Of a DNA stretch of 64,000 nucleotides, positions 61,405 through 64,000 are shown one piece after another (position 1 is the stretch's first letter; each line of letters starts with the position of its first letter). Below the pieces are notes generated by a model. That model searched no databases and was not told where the DNA came from. It saw only the letters and a list, made by a program, of their open reading frames with translations. The DNA is from Candidatus Cloacimonadales bacterium. Its GTDB lineage: Bacteria > Cloacimonadota > Cloacimonadia > G963667145. The position numbers and the translations under genes are program-made. The stretch covers positions 452,088 through 516,087 of the forward strand of contig OZ245797.1 in assembly GCA_965228195.1 (NCBI GenBank), read 5' to 3'.

Positions 61405-63999
61405 TTAGTTTTTCATTCTCTCCAGCGCCTCGCTAAGGCTGATGTGTTCAGAAAATCTGGTGATTTTCAAGAAGCCGAAGATCGAGTCCACTATCGAGTA
61501 GAGACAAGGCAACACCAAAAGGGTGAGCATGGTAGAAAAAGCAAGACCAAAAGCCATCGACACAGCCACCGGTTTCCAGTCGGAGGTGGCACTGCTGGTG
61601 GAGAGGATCATCGGCAAAAATCCTGCGATGGTGGTAAAAGTAGTCAAAAATATCGGTCGCAGGCGCGTTTTGCCCGCTTCTATCAAAGAGCTCCAGCGGT
61701 TGTGTCCCTCTTCTCGAAGGCGGTTGACGAAATCAACCAAGATGAGCGAGTCGTTTACCACCACTCCCGCTAGCCCCACCACGCCTATCAGCACCGGCAA
61801 AGAGAAAGGTAGTCTGGTGACCACAAGCCCAATAATCACGCCGATGAAGGCGAAAGGCAAGGCGAGCATCACGATCAGCGGTTGCACATAACTTTTGAAC
61901 TGCCAGGCTAAGATGGTGTAAATAATGATGATCGCCACGATGAAAGCCAGACCCAGCGAGGTATAAGACTCGCGTTGTTGTTCGGCTCGACCCCCAAACT
62001 CCAGAATATAGCCGGGATACTTGCTACCAAAATCTGACAACAGCCCCTTCTGCCCGCTAATCTTGCTGCCGGTCAACTTACTGATCACCTCCGAGGGTAT
62101 CTGTTTTACTTTCTTGCCGTCTTTATCGTAAGTTCCACAGCTGGCAGTGATAGTCACCACCCGCTCACCGTTACGGTGTTTGAGTTGCCCCAGACCAAAG
62201 TTTATCTTGAACTCGGCAAGAGACCTCAAAGGCAAAAGGTTACCGCTGTTAGAGCGGATCTTGAAGTTTTTCAGCTTTTCCAGATCGCCTATCTTCGCAT
62301 CGTCTAGGCGAAGAGTTATATCGCACTCTTTGACGCCTTGACCACGATACTCACTGATATCCGAGCCGTTGACCGCCGTCCACACAGCTTGTGATATCTC
62401 TTGCACCGTAAAACCGTATTTCACCAGTTTGTTGTGATAAGGCAAGATCTCCACCTGCTTCTTGTCGTAATCCAAGTCGTCAGACACATCTTCTACGCCG
62501 GGGATACCTTTCAAAATCGACTCCACATTTGCCGAGATAGCTATCAACTTGTTCAGGTTATCACCTTGAATACGCATCGAGATGTCGTCGCCCACAGGAG
62601 GACCTTCACTGCTCTCCCCGATCTCCACGAACACAACCTCGGGGATCGTCTTCAAAAAGCTTCGAATGGAAGCTTTGATCTTGTCTTGCTCGTATTGGGC
62701 GTCGTCTGGATCGACCAGATCTATGTTTATGGTAGAAAAGTAAGTTCTTATCGTGGAGCGATGATTTTCGGTGATCATGCCCACATAACTGACAATCGTC
62801 AAGACATCCTCTTTTTCGGGCATCTGCTTGGCAATATACTTTTCGATCTTAGCGGTTATCTCTTCGGTGGTTTCTAGTGATGTCCCCATCGGCGTCTTTA
62901 TCTTGAGCACCATGGTGGTGGACGGAGAGCTAGGAAAGAAGTCGAAAGCGACCATTCCTCCGAACAACATCCCCAAACAAGCCAGCAGCAAGACAAAAAC
63001 TCCCAAGAGCGACAAAAATCTGTGTTTCAAAAATTTGACGATCAAATTGTGATAAACTTTGAGCATCTTGTCGTATATTTTGTGCGGCTTTTTGACTTTC
63101 ATCTGCTTGCTAAAGTCTGCCAAGTGAGACGGCAAAACGATCAAGCACTCTACCAAAGAACAAAGCAAGGCGATAGAGACCACGATCGGGAAGATGCTTA
63201 AGAACTTACCCATCGTCCCTTCCATCATCAGCATAGGCATAAAAGCCGCTGCCGTGGTAGCCACGGCTGCCATCACAGGAAAAGTCACCTCTTGAGTGCC
63301 ATCGATAGCCGCCTGCTCGGGAGATTTGCCCATCTCTATGTGCCGATGAACATTCTCGATCACCACGATGGCGTCGTCCACAATCATACCCAACACCAAA
63401 ATCAGAGCAAACAAAGACAAGTTGTTCATCGAGATATCGATGGTGTACATTATGAAAAAACAAAGCAAGAAAGAGAAAGGGATGCCTAAGCCAGCAAAGA
63501 GGGCGTTTTTCCAACCCAAGAAAAGAAGCAACATAAAGAAAACCAAGATTATTCCAAAGAAGGTGGAAGTGCCCAGCGTGTTTATGCTGTTTTCCACATC
63601 TTTGGAGTCGTCGTTGTTGATCGAAACCTTCACCCCTTGATTATCTTGCTCAAATTTGGTAGCAACGGCTCTAACATCTTTCATCACATTGATGATGTTG
63701 CCACTGGCTTTCTTGTAAACCTGAAAAAAGACCGAGCCTTCTCCATCGAGCCTTGTGACCACATCCAAATCGTCAAATCCGTAGTAAACATTGGCGATAT
63801 CTTTCAGACGCACGGTTCTGCCCTTGGAGTCCACCTGCACAATCTGCTCTTGCATCTGGGCGACGGTAGCGTACTCTCCCACCGTCCGCACCGCTCTCTG
63901 GGAGTTGCCAAAATCTATATCGCCACCGGGGAAGGTGATGTTACGATTGGTAACGGCGGTGGTGATATCGTTCAAAGACATCTGGTGAGCAGCCAACTT
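61405..63999 (-). CDS. RND efflux permease (AcrB/AcrD/AcrF family), 5' end outside window
   Basis: GMIVDDAIVVIEN, GVVVNDSL, RLRPIFLT motifs. Confidence 0.93.
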   Translation of the reverse strand, partial: KLAAHQMSLNDITTAVTNRNITFPGGDIDFGNSQRAVRTVGEYATVAQMQEQIVQVDSKGRTVRLKDIANVYYGFDDLDVVTRLDGEGSVFFQVYKKASGNIINVMKDVRAVATKFEQDNQGVKVSINNDDSKDVENSINTLGTSTFFGIILVFFMLLLFLGWKNALFAGLGIPFSFLLCFFIMYTIDISMNNLSLFALILVLGMIVDDAIVVIENVHRHIEMGKSPEQAAIDGTQEVTFPVMAAVATTAAAFMPMLMMEGTMGKFLSIFPIVVSIALLCSLVECLIVLPSHLADFSKQMKVKKPHKIYDKMLKVYHNLIVKFLKHRFLSLLGVFVLLLACLGMLFGGMVAFDFFPSSPSTTMVLKIKTPMGTSLETTEEITAKIEKYIAKQMPEKEDVLTIVSYVGMITENHRSTIRTYFSTINIDLVDPDDAQYEQDKIKASIRSFLKTIPEVVFVEIGESSEGPPVGDDISMRIQGDNLNKLIAISANVESILKGIPGVEDVSDDLDYDKKQVEILPYHNKLVKYGFTVQEISQAVWTAVNGSDISEYRGQGVKECDITLRLDDAKIGDLEKLKNFKIRSNSGNLLPLRSLAEFKINFGLGQLKHRNGERVVTITASCGTYDKDGKKVKQIPSEVISKLTGSKISGQKGLLSDFGSKYPGYILEFGGRAEQQRESYTSLGLAFIVAIIIIYTILAWQFKSYVQPLIVMLALPFAFIGVIIGLVVTRLPFSLPVLIGVVGLAGVVVNDSLILVDFVNRLREEGHNRWSSLIEAGKTRLRPIFLTTFTTIAGFLPMILSTSSATSDWKPVAVSMAFGLAFSTMLTLLVLPCLYSIVDSIFGFLKITRFSEHISLSEALERMKN

Positions 64000-64000
64000 G

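Overview
This is a 64-kb chromosomal segment of a diderm, probably anaerobic bacterium. The 16S contains the Pla46 signature GGATTAGGCATGCAAGTC, and the gene content is compatible with Cloacimonadota/WWE1 (an inference, not a classification). Housekeeping content: rpmF-plsX-fabH-fabD-fabG-acpP-fabF, a full minus-strand rRNA operon (16S, tRNA-Ile, tRNA-Ala, 23S, 5S), tRNAs Asn/Asp/Val/Pro, SRP RNA, uvrA, uvrB, pcrA/uvrD, tag, rlmN, rlmH, holB, gmhA, kdsD-like, thrS, era, nrdD/nrdG, an M16 peptidase and a partial RND permease. AT-rich accessory patches carry three RhuM-family genes, Bro-N, DUF4062-TPR, a DUF262/HNH (GmrSD-like) gene and TrmB-AzlCD. Most notable: (1) a four-helix-bundle (23S-IVS/Avd-like) protein gene inside the 16S-23S spacer between the two tRNAs, boxed by hairpins and heptamer-repeat arms; (2) a ~400-nt highly self-complementary non-coding element between ~170-bp direct repeats; (3) accessory genes that repeatedly lie between duplicated pieces of flanking DNA, with no integrase in the window, including an in-frame tag/uvrA chimeric scar joined at a 7-bp microhomology; (4) a recurring TTGACA-N21/22-TG promoter-like pattern without TATAAT. 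All calls are by eye from sequence and recalled family motifs; no database searches or folding were run.
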